A stretch of 64,000 bases of DNA, taken from positions 124,001-188,000 of the forward strand of contig CALSSD010000010.1 in NCBI GenBank assembly GCA_943788915.1, in the 5' to 3' direction. The translations under genes were made by a program, and so were the position numbers. The DNA is from an uncultured Acidimicrobiales bacterium (GTDB lineage: Bacteria; Actinomycetota; Acidimicrobiia; Acidimicrobiales; UBA10347). The first letter of the stretch is position 1, and every line of letters starts with the position of its first letter. Shown piece after piece: positions 18,384 to 28,811 of the stretch. Under the pieces are notes generated by a model that had not been told where the DNA came from, ran no database searches, and worked only from the letters and a program-made list of their open reading frames with translations.

Positions 18384-19076
18384 ATGGCTCTCTATCCGCA
18401 GACCTCGTTCTCAGCGCCCCCAGGGGCAACCAGGATCACCCTGGTGCGCCACGGGCAAACCGAACCAGCCGACCTGGCCAATCCGTTTCCGCTCAAACAC
18501 GGTCATGGTGACCCAAACCTCACGGAGCTGGGCGAGCAGCAGGCGGTGAAGGTTGCTGATCGATTGGTCAACGAGGCCATCGACGGTCTGTATGTGTCGT
18601 CACTTATTCGTACACATCAGACGGCTGAGCCGCTCGCAGATCGTCTTGGGCACGAACCGACCGAAGAACATGACTTACGCGAGGTGTTCCTGGGCGACTG
18701 GGAAGGCGGGCTGTTCCGGCACATGCTGGCCGATGAACACCCCGCAGCTTTGGAGTTCCACCGCACCTACGAGTGGGGTGTCGTCCCTGGCGCCGAGACC
18801 AATGCCGAGCTGATTGGGCGCACCTCGGGCGCTCTGACGGGTATCCACGAGCGCCATGGTGGCGAACACATCGTGTGTTTCGTGCACGGAGGCGTGATTG
18901 CTGCGTTGTGTGCCCATACAACCGGGGCACCAATGACCGGTTTTGTTGGCGCCGACAATTGTTCGATCCACCGATTGGTGTTGACCGAGGAACGTTGGTT
19001 CCTACGTTCGTTTAACGATTCGACACATCTGGATGGCGTGATGACGCCCCAGGCAGCCATCGACACTCCTGCCTAA
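18384..19076 (+). CDS. Histidine phosphatase family protein
   Basis: LVRHGQT, R..QTA, E..LGDWEG, VHGGVI, FNDSTHL. Confidence 0.9.
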   Translation: MALYPQTSFSAPPGATRITLVRHGQTEPADLANPFPLKHGHGDPNLTELGEQQAVKVADRLVNEAIDGLYVSSLIRTHQTAEPLADRLGHEPTEEHDLREVFLGDWEGGLFRHMLADEHPAALEFHRTYEWGVVPGAETNAELIGRTSGALTGIHERHGGEHIVCFVHGGVIAALCAHTTGAPMTGFVGADNCSIHRLVLTEERWFLRSFNDSTHLDGVMTPQAAIDTPA

Positions 19077-19097
19077 GCAGCCATGTCAGCCGAAGCC

Positions 19098-19496
19098 TTA
19101 GCTTCCGTCGGCTTCACCGTCTGAATCAACCGTGGGTTCGTTCTTGGCTTCCTCGAGAGCTTCGATTATGTCCTGGTAGTCGGGCTGTTCCTGGATCCAT
19201 CGTTCGTCGCGCCACAACGTGAAGCCGAACGCAAGCACCATCGTTCCGCTCGAAGCGCCGACAAAACGGTCGCCGACAAGGAAGAACACAATGGCTGCAA
19301 GGAAACCAAGTGCGGTCACGATCCACAGCAGGATCCCGACCGGTTCCATCGACGGCGGTAGAAGACCGAGGCGGCCGCCTACCTTCTTGCGGTAGCCAAA
19401 ACGTGCGGCTCGAACCGGGTCGGGGGTGTCGTAGCCGCGCATGTACACGACGTAGAAGCCAACCATGAACATCCAACCAACGACGAGGTTGAACAC
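19098..19496 (-). CDS. Hypothetical membrane protein
   Basis: Three hydrophobic segments; starts just after the synthetase stop. Confidence 0.65.
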   Translation of the reverse strand: MFNLVVGWMFMVGFYVVYMRGYDTPDPVRAARFGYRKKVGGRLGLLPPSMEPVGILLWIVTALGFLAAIVFFLVGDRFVGASSGTMVLAFGFTLWRDERWIQEQPDYQDIIEALEEAKNEPTVDSDGEADGS

Positions 19497-19498
19497 GG

Positions 19499-21040
19499 TT
19501 AGTTACCTGCAACCCGACGGTCGTGACCACGCCAGTGAGGCTCTCGGAGCTCCTTGCGAGCAAGTTTGCCAACCGGTGACTTCGGCAGCGGTTCGGTCGT
19601 GAGCTCGATGGCTGTGGGTTTCTTGTAGGAACCGAGGCGTTCGGCGCAGAGCTGCACAAGCTCATCACCGGTCACGTTCGCCCCCGGGGCAACCATGACG
19701 ACGCCGTAGGGGCTCTCACCCCACCGTTCACTTGGCACACCGAAGACGGCAGCCTCGATCACGTCGGGATGGTCACACAGAACGTTCTCGAGTTCGGCCG
19801 GCCAAATGTTGAAGCCGCCGCTGATGATCATGTCATCTTTGCGGTCGAGCACGTAGAGATACCCGTTGGCATCGAGTTTGCCGATATCGCCCGAGAGCAC
19901 CCAGCCGTTGTGCATTCGCTCGGCTGTAGCGGTCTCGTTCTCCCAGAAACCAAGCATCTGGCCATCGCAGCGAATAGCGATTTCGCCTTCGCCACCGATA
20001 GGCAGCTCCTGTTGTGTATCTGGATCCAGAATGGCAAGGTCACCAAAAGGCAACGGTCGCCCAGCCGAACGAAGGGGGTTTGATCCTTCGACTTCGCTGA
20101 ACCACTCGGTGGGTCCCATCATGGTGACCGGCACGGCCTCGGTCTGCCCGTACCCCTGGAACAGGACATCACCAAAGACCTCGCGGGCCAGCAGCGCGGT
20201 GTCGTCGGCTATGGGTGATCCGCCGATCTGTAACACCTTGAGCTTGCTCCAGTCACGCTGGGCTGCTGTCTCGTCGCGGGCGATTGCATTGAGCATGGTG
20301 GGAACAAGGAAGCCATAGGCGACCTGCTCACGTTCCATCGTCTCCACGACTTCGGCTGGCTCGAATGTCTTGATCAACAGGTTCACGCCGCCGCAGAGCC
20401 ACATCGGGGTGAAGAAGTAACCGGATCCGTGGGAGATAGGTCCGGCATGTTGGCATACGTCGCCCTTTTGCACCGGAGGGAAGGCAAAGAACCAGTCGCG
20501 ACCTGCGTCGAGCCATGTCTTGTGTGTGTAGGCAACCCCCTTCGACGGGCCGGTGGTGCCACCCGTGTGCCGGATAATGAAGTAGTCGTCTTCGTTCACG
20601 ACGGGATCAGGATCGGTATCAGGGAAACCGGCCAGCCACTCCTCGTAGTCGTCGCCTCGTACGATGATGTGTTCCAGGCTGTCGACCTCGGCATCGATGC
20701 CGGCAAGCGCTTCGGCATGGCTCTGGCTGACCACCACAGCCCGACAGCCTGTGTGGGCAAGCATGTGGCGATGGGCTTCACGGCTGTTGCGTGGATAGAG
20801 CGGAACCCGCACCAGGTTTGCGGCGGCAGCGCCGCAGAAGAAGTCGACTGACTCAAATGTATTGTCTTCGAGCACTGCGACCCGGTCGCCGGGCTCCAGG
20901 CCAAGTGCCTGCAGCGCGTTGGCCATACGAAGCCCTCGGGTCCATGCTTGGCGATACGTCAGTCGGGTGTCGCCTTCGATGACCGCGAGCTGATCCGCGT
21001 GAAACGTCGCAGATCGTCGCATCAGCGACCGCACGTCCAT
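19499..21040 (-). CDS. AMP-binding enzyme (acyl-CoA synthetase family)
   Basis: HTGGTTGPSKG, YGQTE, SGDIG..D..GY..DRKDDMIISGG, GK. Confidence 0.93.
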   Translation of the reverse strand: MDVRSLMRRSATFHADQLAVIEGDTRLTYRQAWTRGLRMANALQALGLEPGDRVAVLEDNTFESVDFFCGAAAANLVRVPLYPRNSREAHRHMLAHTGCRAVVVSQSHAEALAGIDAEVDSLEHIIVRGDDYEEWLAGFPDTDPDPVVNEDDYFIIRHTGGTTGPSKGVAYTHKTWLDAGRDWFFAFPPVQKGDVCQHAGPISHGSGYFFTPMWLCGGVNLLIKTFEPAEVVETMEREQVAYGFLVPTMLNAIARDETAAQRDWSKLKVLQIGGSPIADDTALLAREVFGDVLFQGYGQTEAVPVTMMGPTEWFSEVEGSNPLRSAGRPLPFGDLAILDPDTQQELPIGGEGEIAIRCDGQMLGFWENETATAERMHNGWVLSGDIGKLDANGYLYVLDRKDDMIISGGFNIWPAELENVLCDHPDVIEAAVFGVPSERWGESPYGVVMVAPGANVTGDELVQLCAERLGSYKKPTAIELTTEPLPKSPVGKLARKELREPHWRGHDRRVAGN

Positions 21041-22017
21041 CAGTGCGCTCCTTGCTCAAGGAGCGATTCCACGAGCTCCTGGACCGCATACGCTTCGGCG
21101 AAGGTGGCGAGTGAATTGGGGTTGTCGTCGGCCAGTGCCGCAACTTGGCCGAGCTGGGCTGCGTAGGCCGCAGGAGGAGCAACCGCCTCGTCAGACAACA
21201 ACGGCTCCCACGGACCATCGCTGGTCGCTCCGGTGAGCTGGTACCAGTTGGTGAGCCGGAATGACCGCTCGCTTCCTCGGACGGTGAACTGGACCTCGTC
21301 GGCACCAGCTGCGTCGCTGGTGCCCACCAGGCGCACGGTGACGCCGTTCGCTGTTAGTACGGCCATAAGACTCTGCTCAGAGGTTCCGTCGTCAGGGAAA
21401 CCAACGTGGACCTGCTCGATCGTTGCCTGTCCGAACAATCGGTGGATGAGAAACACGTAGTGCGAAACAACTTCGCGGACCCAGCCGCCCTGGTCCCGAT
21501 CTCGGAGCCAGCCAGCACCTGCCTGCCAATCGCGTGGCCACCGGCAGAAGTGCACCCGCAAGTCTGCGCCGAGCACGGTGCCACACGCGCCGCTCTTTAC
21601 CTGTTTGATCATCTCTACGGCACTCGGTGCCGCGCCGAATACAAAGTTCACGGCCGCAGGTGCACCCGCTGACTCAACCCGTTCGACCATGGCCTGGGTG
21701 TCGCCGTTGTCGACGCCAAGCGGCTTCTCGCAGAAGATCGCTTTACCGGCAGCTTGGACCTGATCCACATAGACCTCGTGGTACAGCGGGGGAGTGGCGA
21801 TGTAGACCACATGCACGTTGGGGTCGGTGATGAGCTCTTCGGCCGACGCAGTGACCCGCATGCCGAAGTCCGCTGCCGCAGCGGTCCGAGCTTGCTCGCC
21901 GACGTCGAAGCCGCCGACCAGTTCGAAGCCGTCGTGATTGTTGAACACTTCGATGTATCGCCGGCCAATAGTGCCGAGTCCAATAATGGCCACGCCGTAA
22001 CGTTCTTGATCGCTCAT
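21040..22017 (-). CDS. Gfo/Idh/MocA family oxidoreductase
   Basis: IIGLGTIG, YIATPP..H, CEKP. Confidence 0.9.
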   Translation of the reverse strand: MSDQERYGVAIIGLGTIGRRYIEVFNNHDGFELVGGFDVGEQARTAAAADFGMRVTASAEELITDPNVHVVYIATPPLYHEVYVDQVQAAGKAIFCEKPLGVDNGDTQAMVERVESAGAPAAVNFVFGAAPSAVEMIKQVKSGACGTVLGADLRVHFCRWPRDWQAGAGWLRDRDQGGWVREVVSHYVFLIHRLFGQATIEQVHVGFPDDGTSEQSLMAVLTANGVTVRLVGTSDAAGADEVQFTVRGSERSFRLTNWYQLTGATSDGPWEPLLSDEAVAPPAAYAAQLGQVAALADDNPNSLATFAEAYAVQELVESLLEQGAH

Positions 22018-22120
22018 CACTACACACTAATTTCGCCGCCGGCCAAACCGTTATCGCAACGGTCCGACTTCGAGGTTGTGTCGTGGCCCAGCAGCAAGAG
22101 AACACAGCTCGAGACAGCTG

Positions 22121-23521
22121 TTAGAAGTCGAGGGTGCGGGTATCAGGGTGGTTGGGATGCCATGCGAACCAGAAGGATTGTTCGGTGATGATCCGGTCGC
22201 CAGCTGCATCAAAAACTCGCACGCCTGCACCTGTTGGCTCGACCGTCAACAGATCCCCGCCGACCTCGATCTCAACGATCTGGCCGAGCGCATTGAACGC
22301 TGCAACGTCGAACGCGACGGTGTCGCCGTTGCGTTCGATGCCGACGACCTCGGTCTTGATAGCGAAAGTGTCGGGCACATCCAGGATCGGGAACCAGACA
22401 TCGGGGTTGTCGTAATAACTCCGATAGGCCTCGCCTGGTGTGTAGTCGTAGCTGATGGGTGGCCGTTCGGGGTCGTCGAAGAAGATCGGTCGCGGAAGTT
22501 TGAGTACTTCGGTGTTCGGGTTCTCGGCAAACCAATCGCTCCACCGCATGTGGTTGACCGAACGCAGCGTTAATTCAGTACCAAGTAGCGGTCCGCCTAT
22601 ACCCACGCCGCGCAGGTGTGACCACAAACTTCCGGTCTGGACGTCGTACATGATTTTGTTCGAGTTCAGCAGGAGCCCACTGGTCTGGAAGTCAAGCCGC
22701 TCGCCTGCAACGTTGCGCTCGAAGACCAATGCACTGCGACACAACGTGCAATACACCAGAGCCAGGTCTTCGCCACCAATCGTGTCGTTGGCTAACTCGT
22801 GGCGAGCAAGGATGCGCAGGGGATAGGCAACAGCCTGGCCGTTCGCTATGACGCCGAGCACAATCTCGTCGTCGACCATCCAGTCGGCTTGTGCTGCCGG
22901 TACTCGGGCAGGATCATTCAGCTCAGGGATCCCTCCTAAGGGAACACCACCCCATTGGACACCCGCAACCTCAACCTGGTCCACGATCGAACGGATCAGG
23001 GGACCGAACTCAGGATCGATACGTTCGTAGAGGGTCGCCTTGAAATCGACGTAACCGTGGCCGCCATCGAGTTGGCGTGTCTGGGACCAACTGCCGTAGC
23101 CGATCATGTCTGCGATGCGAGCCTGGGATTCGACACCGGTGATGGCTTCGAGTGTGGTAGCGATCAAGGCAGATACTTGCATCGAGACATTGATACGCAG
23201 CAGATCGATTAGCCACGGAACCCATCGTTCGTTTCGGTTATCTGCGATGGTCTCGACCAGAGCGGTAGCGGTAGCGGTCGTGGAACTGTCGATAAAGACG
23301 GCAACTGCTTTTTCAACATCGGTATCTGAGGCCGTAGCCATAAAAGAGTTACTGGCCACGGCTGTGGTCTGCGAAGGAACAGCCGGGTTTGGCAGTCCGT
23401 CCACTTGGCTGCTGACTGCATCGTTTGATTCGGCGGGTGCACAGGCGCTGGCGAGAACGACAGTTGCAACCAGTCCTGCCACGAGGGTCAGCAGTCGGGA
23501 GAGCGTCGTTCTTTGTCTCAT
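22121..23521 (-). CDS. DUF3179-like lipoprotein
   Basis: Lipobox ASAC; AYPLRIL..HE..ND, YCTLCRS, F.TSGLL..NK.MYD..TGSLW, FWFAW. Confidence 0.8.
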   Translation of the reverse strand: MRQRTTLSRLLTLVAGLVATVVLASACAPAESNDAVSSQVDGLPNPAVPSQTTAVASNSFMATASDTDVEKAVAVFIDSSTTATATALVETIADNRNERWVPWLIDLLRINVSMQVSALIATTLEAITGVESQARIADMIGYGSWSQTRQLDGGHGYVDFKATLYERIDPEFGPLIRSIVDQVEVAGVQWGGVPLGGIPELNDPARVPAAQADWMVDDEIVLGVIANGQAVAYPLRILARHELANDTIGGEDLALVYCTLCRSALVFERNVAGERLDFQTSGLLLNSNKIMYDVQTGSLWSHLRGVGIGGPLLGTELTLRSVNHMRWSDWFAENPNTEVLKLPRPIFFDDPERPPISYDYTPGEAYRSYYDNPDVWFPILDVPDTFAIKTEVVGIERNGDTVAFDVAAFNALGQIVEIEVGGDLLTVEPTGAGVRVFDAAGDRIITEQSFWFAWHPNHPDTRTLDF

Positions 23522-23537
23522 GCCATGCACAAACCCG

Positions 23538-24560
23538 CTACGGCGTCGAAGACTTCCCGCGTCCTCGACCTTCGAACAGTCCAGCAATACCAGTTGGCGC
23601 TATAAACGTCATGATGATGAGACCGGCGCCGAAAACAATAGCGTCGCTATCTAGAAGTTCGAAAGCGCCATTCACTGCAGGAACCACGATCAACGCGAGC
23701 ACCCCATAGATCGCTCCGGCCAATGTGCCCAGTCCGCCAATAACAGCGGCGGCATACAAACGAAGCGACAAGAACGAATCGAAGTCTGCATGGCTCACAT
23801 ACGGGTTCAGGATGGCCTGTAACACGCCAGCGGTGCCGGTCATAGCTGCAGAGATGGCCAATGCCCCTGCCTTGGCGTACCGGACGCTAATACCAAAGGT
23901 GGCGGCAGCAGACTCGTTGTCTCGCACCGCTCGTAGGGCCCGTCCCATACGGCTGTTGACGAGGTTGCGGATGACGATGAACCACAATGCTACGACGGCG
24001 ATACAGATGCCATACCGCCACACATGGACATGATCGTCAAGGCCAAGGAATGAAGGCGGCACGAATGCATCGTTCTCTACGTTTCGTCCGGAGACGCCAC
24101 CGGTCCAGGTACCCAGACGGCGGGCGAACGGAGGAAACGCCAACGCGGTGCCAAAGGTGACAAGGGCGAGGTATAACCCCCGGACCCGCAACGCAGGAAG
24201 CCCAAGAACCAGCCCGATCAGACCAGTGAAGACGGTGGCCAGGAAACCCGCTATGTAGAGCGAAAAACCTTGGTCAATGAAGTTCGCCATAGCGAAGGCG
24301 CCCACACCCACGAAAACACCGTGGCCGAGGGAGATGAGCCCGGTGTAACCCGTGAGCAGGTTGACGCCGAGCACAGCGAGCACGAGCACGACCAGTCGGG
24401 ACAACTTGGTGAGCTCCAACGATGTCGTCACGAAGGGCGGGATCAGTACGGCAAGGGTGAGGACTGCCAGGCTGATCTTCGCGCCTCGGCCTATCTGTTT
24501 GGTCCCGAGCACCGGGGGTGCACCTGCCTCATCGCCGTTGATTCGTGAATTGATGCTCAT
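23538..24560 (-). CDS. Branched-chain amino acid ABC permease (LivM-like), second copy
   Basis: NLLTGYTGLISLGH, PALRVRGLYLAL, GRALRAVRDNE, GGLGTL. Confidence 0.9.
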   Translation of the reverse strand: MSINSRINGDEAGAPPVLGTKQIGRGAKISLAVLTLAVLIPPFVTTSLELTKLSRLVVLVLAVLGVNLLTGYTGLISLGHGVFVGVGAFAMANFIDQGFSLYIAGFLATVFTGLIGLVLGLPALRVRGLYLALVTFGTALAFPPFARRLGTWTGGVSGRNVENDAFVPPSFLGLDDHVHVWRYGICIAVVALWFIVIRNLVNSRMGRALRAVRDNESAAATFGISVRYAKAGALAISAAMTGTAGVLQAILNPYVSHADFDSFLSLRLYAAAVIGGLGTLAGAIYGVLALIVVPAVNGAFELLDSDAIVFGAGLIIMTFIAPTGIAGLFEGRGRGKSSTP

Positions 24561-25513
24561 ACGCGGTTCACCGGAACCGTTCCGAACAGACCGTGTGGTC
24601 GAACGGTCAACGCAAGGACCATGGCTGCTAGCGGCGGCAGAAGCGTGAGTTCGGTCGGAATACCCAAGTATGGGGGCGCAAGACTCTGTGTGAGGCCGAT
24701 GATAAGGCCGCCAGCAATTGCGCCCCGAGGGCTGTCGAGTCCGCCGATGGTCGCAGCAGCTAGTGCATAGATCAACAGGTTCAGCATGGTCAGCGGGTTG
24801 AGCGTGATGGCACCGCCGACCAGCGCTGCGGCTAGTGCCCCAATGGCTGAGGCGATCGCCCACCCAATCGTGAGTGTGCGGCTGACCGGTACACCTACCA
24901 GTGCAGCTCCCTCACGGTTGCTCGTAATGGCACGAAATGCCAAGCCGGTTTTTGTCTTCTGGATGAGCAGACTGAGAAGCACGATCACGACCAGCAACGT
25001 GGCCCACACACCAACTGTCGTGTAGCGCAAACGGGCACCGAAAATGCCGAAGTAGTCGTCCTTGCCGGTGGGGAACGGGCTCTTGACCCGCCGGGAGAAC
25101 GATCCCCAGATTTGGAAAACGATGCCATTGATAAGGATCAGCAGGCCAATGGTGACGTTCACTTGCGATAACGACGACCTGTCGGCCAGTGGGCGCATGA
25201 TGAACCGTTCAATCACCGCCCCCAATAGCGCTCCGAAAGCCACCGCCCCCAGAATCGCCGCCCAGGTGGGCCAGGGGTGAAGGGGCAGCCATCGCGACAA
25301 GAATGCGGTGCCTGCGATGGGAATGCCGATGCCGGTAGAACCCGCAGGTGAAAGCAGCGTCAGAGCGACGTAACCGCCCATGAGGCCCATTTCGCCTTGA
25401 GCGAAGTTCAGCAGTCCGGTTGAGCGATAGATCATGACGATGGCCAACGCCAGCGATGCATAGATAGCGCCGGTGAACATTCCGTCAAAACACCGCTGTA
25501 TAAACAGTTCCAT
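24557..25513 (-). CDS. Branched-chain amino acid ABC permease (LivH-like), second copy
   Basis: GAIYA, NFAQGE, GLAFRA, GGLDS, RPHGLFG. Confidence 0.9.
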   Translation of the reverse strand: MELFIQRCFDGMFTGAIYASLALAIVMIYRSTGLLNFAQGEMGLMGGYVALTLLSPAGSTGIGIPIAGTAFLSRWLPLHPWPTWAAILGAVAFGALLGAVIERFIMRPLADRSSLSQVNVTIGLLILINGIVFQIWGSFSRRVKSPFPTGKDDYFGIFGARLRYTTVGVWATLLVVIVLLSLLIQKTKTGLAFRAITSNREGAALVGVPVSRTLTIGWAIASAIGALAAALVGGAITLNPLTMLNLLIYALAAATIGGLDSPRGAIAGGLIIGLTQSLAPPYLGIPTELTLLPPLAAMVLALTVRPHGLFGTVPVNRV

Positions 25514-25698
25514 CAGCGCACCATTGAACCGGGTTTGGGCCGTCGCAACCAAACCAGCAGGAAGATTGATCGAAAACGAGAAGAGTTGGTGCCAGCAGTC
25601 GCCGGCTGTCGTCGAGGCTTGCAGAACATGATCAGCAGCTTTTGCCGGGAACCCATGCACATTTCGAACACTGGCTGCTGGGTCGGGGAGTGGCCGCC

Positions 25699-25735
25699 AA
25701 AACGAGAAGAGCCGACGCCCGAAGGCGCCGGCTCT
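25699..25735 (-). terminator. Intrinsic terminator after substrate-binding gene
   Basis: Minus strand AGAGCCGGCGCC-TTCG-GGCGTCGGCTCT followed by TCTCGTTTT. Confidence 0.7.
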
Positions 25736-25782
25736 GATCGAATAGGTCTAACTACTGGTGCGACCCAGCAGTTAGGGCAGGA

Positions 25783-27417
25783 TTAGCAGCCTTCGCCGGC
25801 AACCCAAGCGCAGTTAGCTGATTTACCGTCAAGGTCGATCACGCCACCCTCGATAACCCATGACTGGTTGTCGTAGTCGAACTGGGAGAGGTCAGAGCCC
25901 TCTACCAGGTAAGCATCTTCTGAGCCGTTCATGCCGAAGCCGATGCCCTCTAAGAGAGCTGGGTGCTCCATGCGTAGCGAACGAAGCGCAATCATGTAGT
26001 TGGTTCGGGTGAGGCCACCATCGAGCTCAGCAGCAATCATCAACGTTTGTGCGGCTGGCCAACCGAACTGGCCATAGCCAGATGCGTATAGCGAGACTGC
26101 ACTGTCGAGGCCAGCTGCTTCGATCTGGCTGTTCATCCAGCTGATGTAGGTGTCACTTTCGTACTGTGGATCGGTGCTGTCTTTCCAGCCACCACCAAAG
26201 ATGTACCAGTCAGCAGCTGCTTCACCAGCAGGAGCCATGTAGGACGACACTGCCTTACATACCGATGGCATGAAGGTGATGGCGATGTCTTTGATACCGG
26301 TGCGAGCAGCTTCTTCGACTGCGAGCAGGCAAGGGTTGCCAGCTGTCATTGCGATGAAGACATCGGGGCCCGATGCTGCAAGTGTGGTCATTTCGTTGGT
26401 CAACGTCGCCGCCGCAGGATCGTGACGCACAAAGGTAACTTCGCCAATGTGATCGGATTCTTCAGCAAACCGTTCGAAGCCCTGTTCGTAGGCAAGACCG
26501 AAATCGTTGTCCATCACAAGAGCCGCAACTTTGGTGCCAGCCGGAAGGTTGTCTTCGATCCAGCTACCCCACAGAAGTGATTCGGTGGCGTAAGACAACT
26601 GCAGACCTGTGGTCCACGGGTTGTTGTCAGGATCGCCCCAGGCCTGGTGGCCGGTCTGCGACATTGGCTGTGGAACACAGTTCTCATTCATTGTGCCTTG
26701 CACAGCAAATGTGTTTGGTGAACCAAGTGTGAAAATGTAGAAGGGATCTACTGACTGAAGGAGCTCAGCGACGAGTTCCTGGGTTTGGGTGGCGACGTAC
26801 GCGTCGTCCTTGATCAGTAGATCGATCTGCAGGCCATCGGGGCCGATGCCGCCGCTTTCGTTGACATAGTCAAAGTATGCATCCATACCAACACCGATGT
26901 TCCCGTAGGAAGCAAGAGCGCCGGACTGAGCAGTCGTGTGGCCGATCGTGATAACGCCGTCGGCAACACCTGCATCGTTTGTCCAGTCCTCTGGGCAATC
27001 GCTCAGATCAACTGTCCAACCGCCAGGACCCGTAAGGATGTCGCCGTCGAGGCCATAACCGGCGGCCTTGATTTCGGCAACGATCTCAGCGCGTTGTGCA
27101 GCCCATTCAGCTTCGAGGTCTTCGAGAGTGGTGGTGATAACGCCACCGTCTTCGACCTCTCCTTCTGCTGCTTCTTCTACAGCGTCTGCTGCTTCTTCTT
27201 CGTCAACGGCGCCACCAGTGGCCTCGTCTTCAGCTTCTTCAGCTTCTTCAGCTTCTTCAGCTTCTTCAGCTTCTTCGTCAGCTTCAACCACATCAGCAGC
27301 GTCATCTGTTGCGGCTGCGTTGTCGGCGACGTCACTTGCGTCGTCGCTTCCGCAAGCTGCCGCAAGAAGCGACAATGCAAAGATGACAGCCAACAGGCGT
27401 GTCAATTTACTACTCAT
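25783..27417 (-). CDS. ABC transporter substrate-binding lipoprotein (Liv type) with acidic linker
   Basis: Lipobox AAAC; SGALA...G..AYF..VN..GGI, DDAY; Asp/Glu-rich N-terminus. Confidence 0.88.
   Translation of the reverse strand: MSSKLTRLLAVIFALSLLAAACGSDDASDVADNAAATDDAADVVEADEEAEEAEEAEEAEEAEDEATGGAVDEEEAADAVEEAAEGEVEDGGVITTTLEDLEAEWAAQRAEIVAEIKAAGYGLDGDILTGPGGWTVDLSDCPEDWTNDAGVADGVITIGHTTAQSGALASYGNIGVGMDAYFDYVNESGGIGPDGLQIDLLIKDDAYVATQTQELVAELLQSVDPFYIFTLGSPNTFAVQGTMNENCVPQPMSQTGHQAWGDPDNNPWTTGLQLSYATESLLWGSWIEDNLPAGTKVAALVMDNDFGLAYEQGFERFAEESDHIGEVTFVRHDPAAATLTNEMTTLAASGPDVFIAMTAGNPCLLAVEEAARTGIKDIAITFMPSVCKAVSSYMAPAGEAAADWYIFGGGWKDSTDPQYESDTYISWMNSQIEAAGLDSAVSLYASGYGQFGWPAAQTLMIAAELDGGLTRTNYMIALRSLRMEHPALLEGIGFGMNGSEDAYLVEGSDLSQFDYDNQSWVIEGGVIDLDGKSANCAWVAGEGC
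27227..27276 (-). repeat. 9-bp tandem repeat encoding (EEA)5
   Basis: TCTTCAGCT units in the linker of the binding protein. Confidence 0.9.
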
Positions 27418-27536
27418 ATATGGTTCCCTCCATATTTGATCCCAGTCCGGGATGCTACGCGCTCTGAGGAACAGAGCATCGATTGGTTAAATGTAGCCCA
27501 AGGCGAGCTATTGCATGTGTCAGGCGTCACTAAAAT

Positions 27537-28808
27537 CTAGCCCTGAATCGAGTTGTGGATTGCGTCCATGTCTTTCACAAGGATTTCTGCGCCGTCTGGC
27601 AGTGCAGGTGGTACAGGCGTGATTTGAACGACGTTGGTCCATAGTTTACGCCAGCTGCCCACAATGCCTTGCGGGGCAAAGAAGACGAAACCGATCAACA
27701 CGATGCCAAAGACCGCCTGCGAGAGCGGACCATCACCGTTGAGCTGGTAGAGGCCCGGCATATCAACTGCAGCGAAGAGAGCGAGGCCGACACCCCACCC
27801 CACGACTAGCGTGGCGGCTGCGGTAATGATTTTCTTCTGATTGGTAGTCTGCTGACGGGCTAGGTAGACCGCTAGTGCGACGACAGCGATGAGCCAGATG
27901 ACGGCCGACATCGAGTAGTTGAAGTAGGTCTGAACAAGCCACCGACCGAATACCACAACGATGGCGCCAATGGCGGCGCCAGAAACGGTGGCAACACCAC
28001 CGACGACCAGCCCCACCAGCAGGTCGACCATGAGGACGAATGTGTAGTCCTGCTCGGCGACGAAACCGGAGTTCATGGCCCACATGACACCAGCGAGACC
28101 GCCAATGGCTGCGCTGAGGCCGAAGTTCAAGACCTTGAAACGCCGAAGCTCAACGCCGCTGACGGCGGCGCCGATTTCGTTGTCCCGGATTGAGATGACG
28201 GCTCGTCCAGGACGGCTGTTGATGAGGTTGCCAACTGCCCAGAAGGCAAAGAGCGCAAGTGCAGCAAGCAGGAAGTAACGGTACCGACCGGGTTCCGTAG
28301 CGTCGAAGATCGGCATCCAGTCGGGTGGGTTCAGTTTCTCAGTGATATCGCGGCCGTTTGCGCCACCTGTCCGCTCTGGAATTCCGAAGAACTCAAGCTT
28401 TGTTAAACTGGGGAACGCGGCAGCAAACGCCACGGTGGACATGGCTAAGTACAAGCCCTTGATCTTGAGCGCTGGTATGCCTAGCAGAAGACCTATTAGG
28501 AATGCCATGAGCATGCCCGCAGGGATTGTCATCCAGTAATCCCAGCCGTGATCCATGATGAGCGATCCACAGGTGAATGCGCCGAGCGCAATAAATGCGC
28601 TTTGACACAGGGCAAAGAGGCCGCTGAAACCAAGGACCAGGTTCAGGCCAAGGATTGCCACGGCCATGGCCATGGCACGGTTCAGGCGGGTGACCTGGAA
28701 CTCAGGAAGGATGAAAGGAATAATGAGCATCAGAACGATCAGGAGGCCGTAGCCCACCAATCGGTACATGCGGTGCTCGGCGCTTCCTTTATTGAAGGTA
28801 TATGGCAT
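27537..28808 (-). CDS. Branched-chain amino acid ABC permease (LivM-like)
   Basis: GLNLVLGFSG, PALKIKGLYLAM, GRAVISIRDNE. Confidence 0.9.
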   Translation of the reverse strand: MPYTFNKGSAEHRMYRLVGYGLLIVLMLIIPFILPEFQVTRLNRAMAMAVAILGLNLVLGFSGLFALCQSAFIALGAFTCGSLIMDHGWDYWMTIPAGMLMAFLIGLLLGIPALKIKGLYLAMSTVAFAAAFPSLTKLEFFGIPERTGGANGRDITEKLNPPDWMPIFDATEPGRYRYFLLAALALFAFWAVGNLINSRPGRAVISIRDNEIGAAVSGVELRRFKVLNFGLSAAIGGLAGVMWAMNSGFVAEQDYTFVLMVDLLVGLVVGGVATVSGAAIGAIVVVFGRWLVQTYFNYSMSAVIWLIAVVALAVYLARQQTTNQKKIITAAATLVVGWGVGLALFAAVDMPGLYQLNGDGPLSQAVFGIVLIGFVFFAPQGIVGSWRKLWTNVVQITPVPPALPDGAEILVKDMDAIHNSIQG

Positions 28809-28811
28809 TGC

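Noticed and set aside
22121..23521. Selenoprotein recoding in the DUF3179 gene
   Set aside because: Motif is CTLC with no in-frame TGA.
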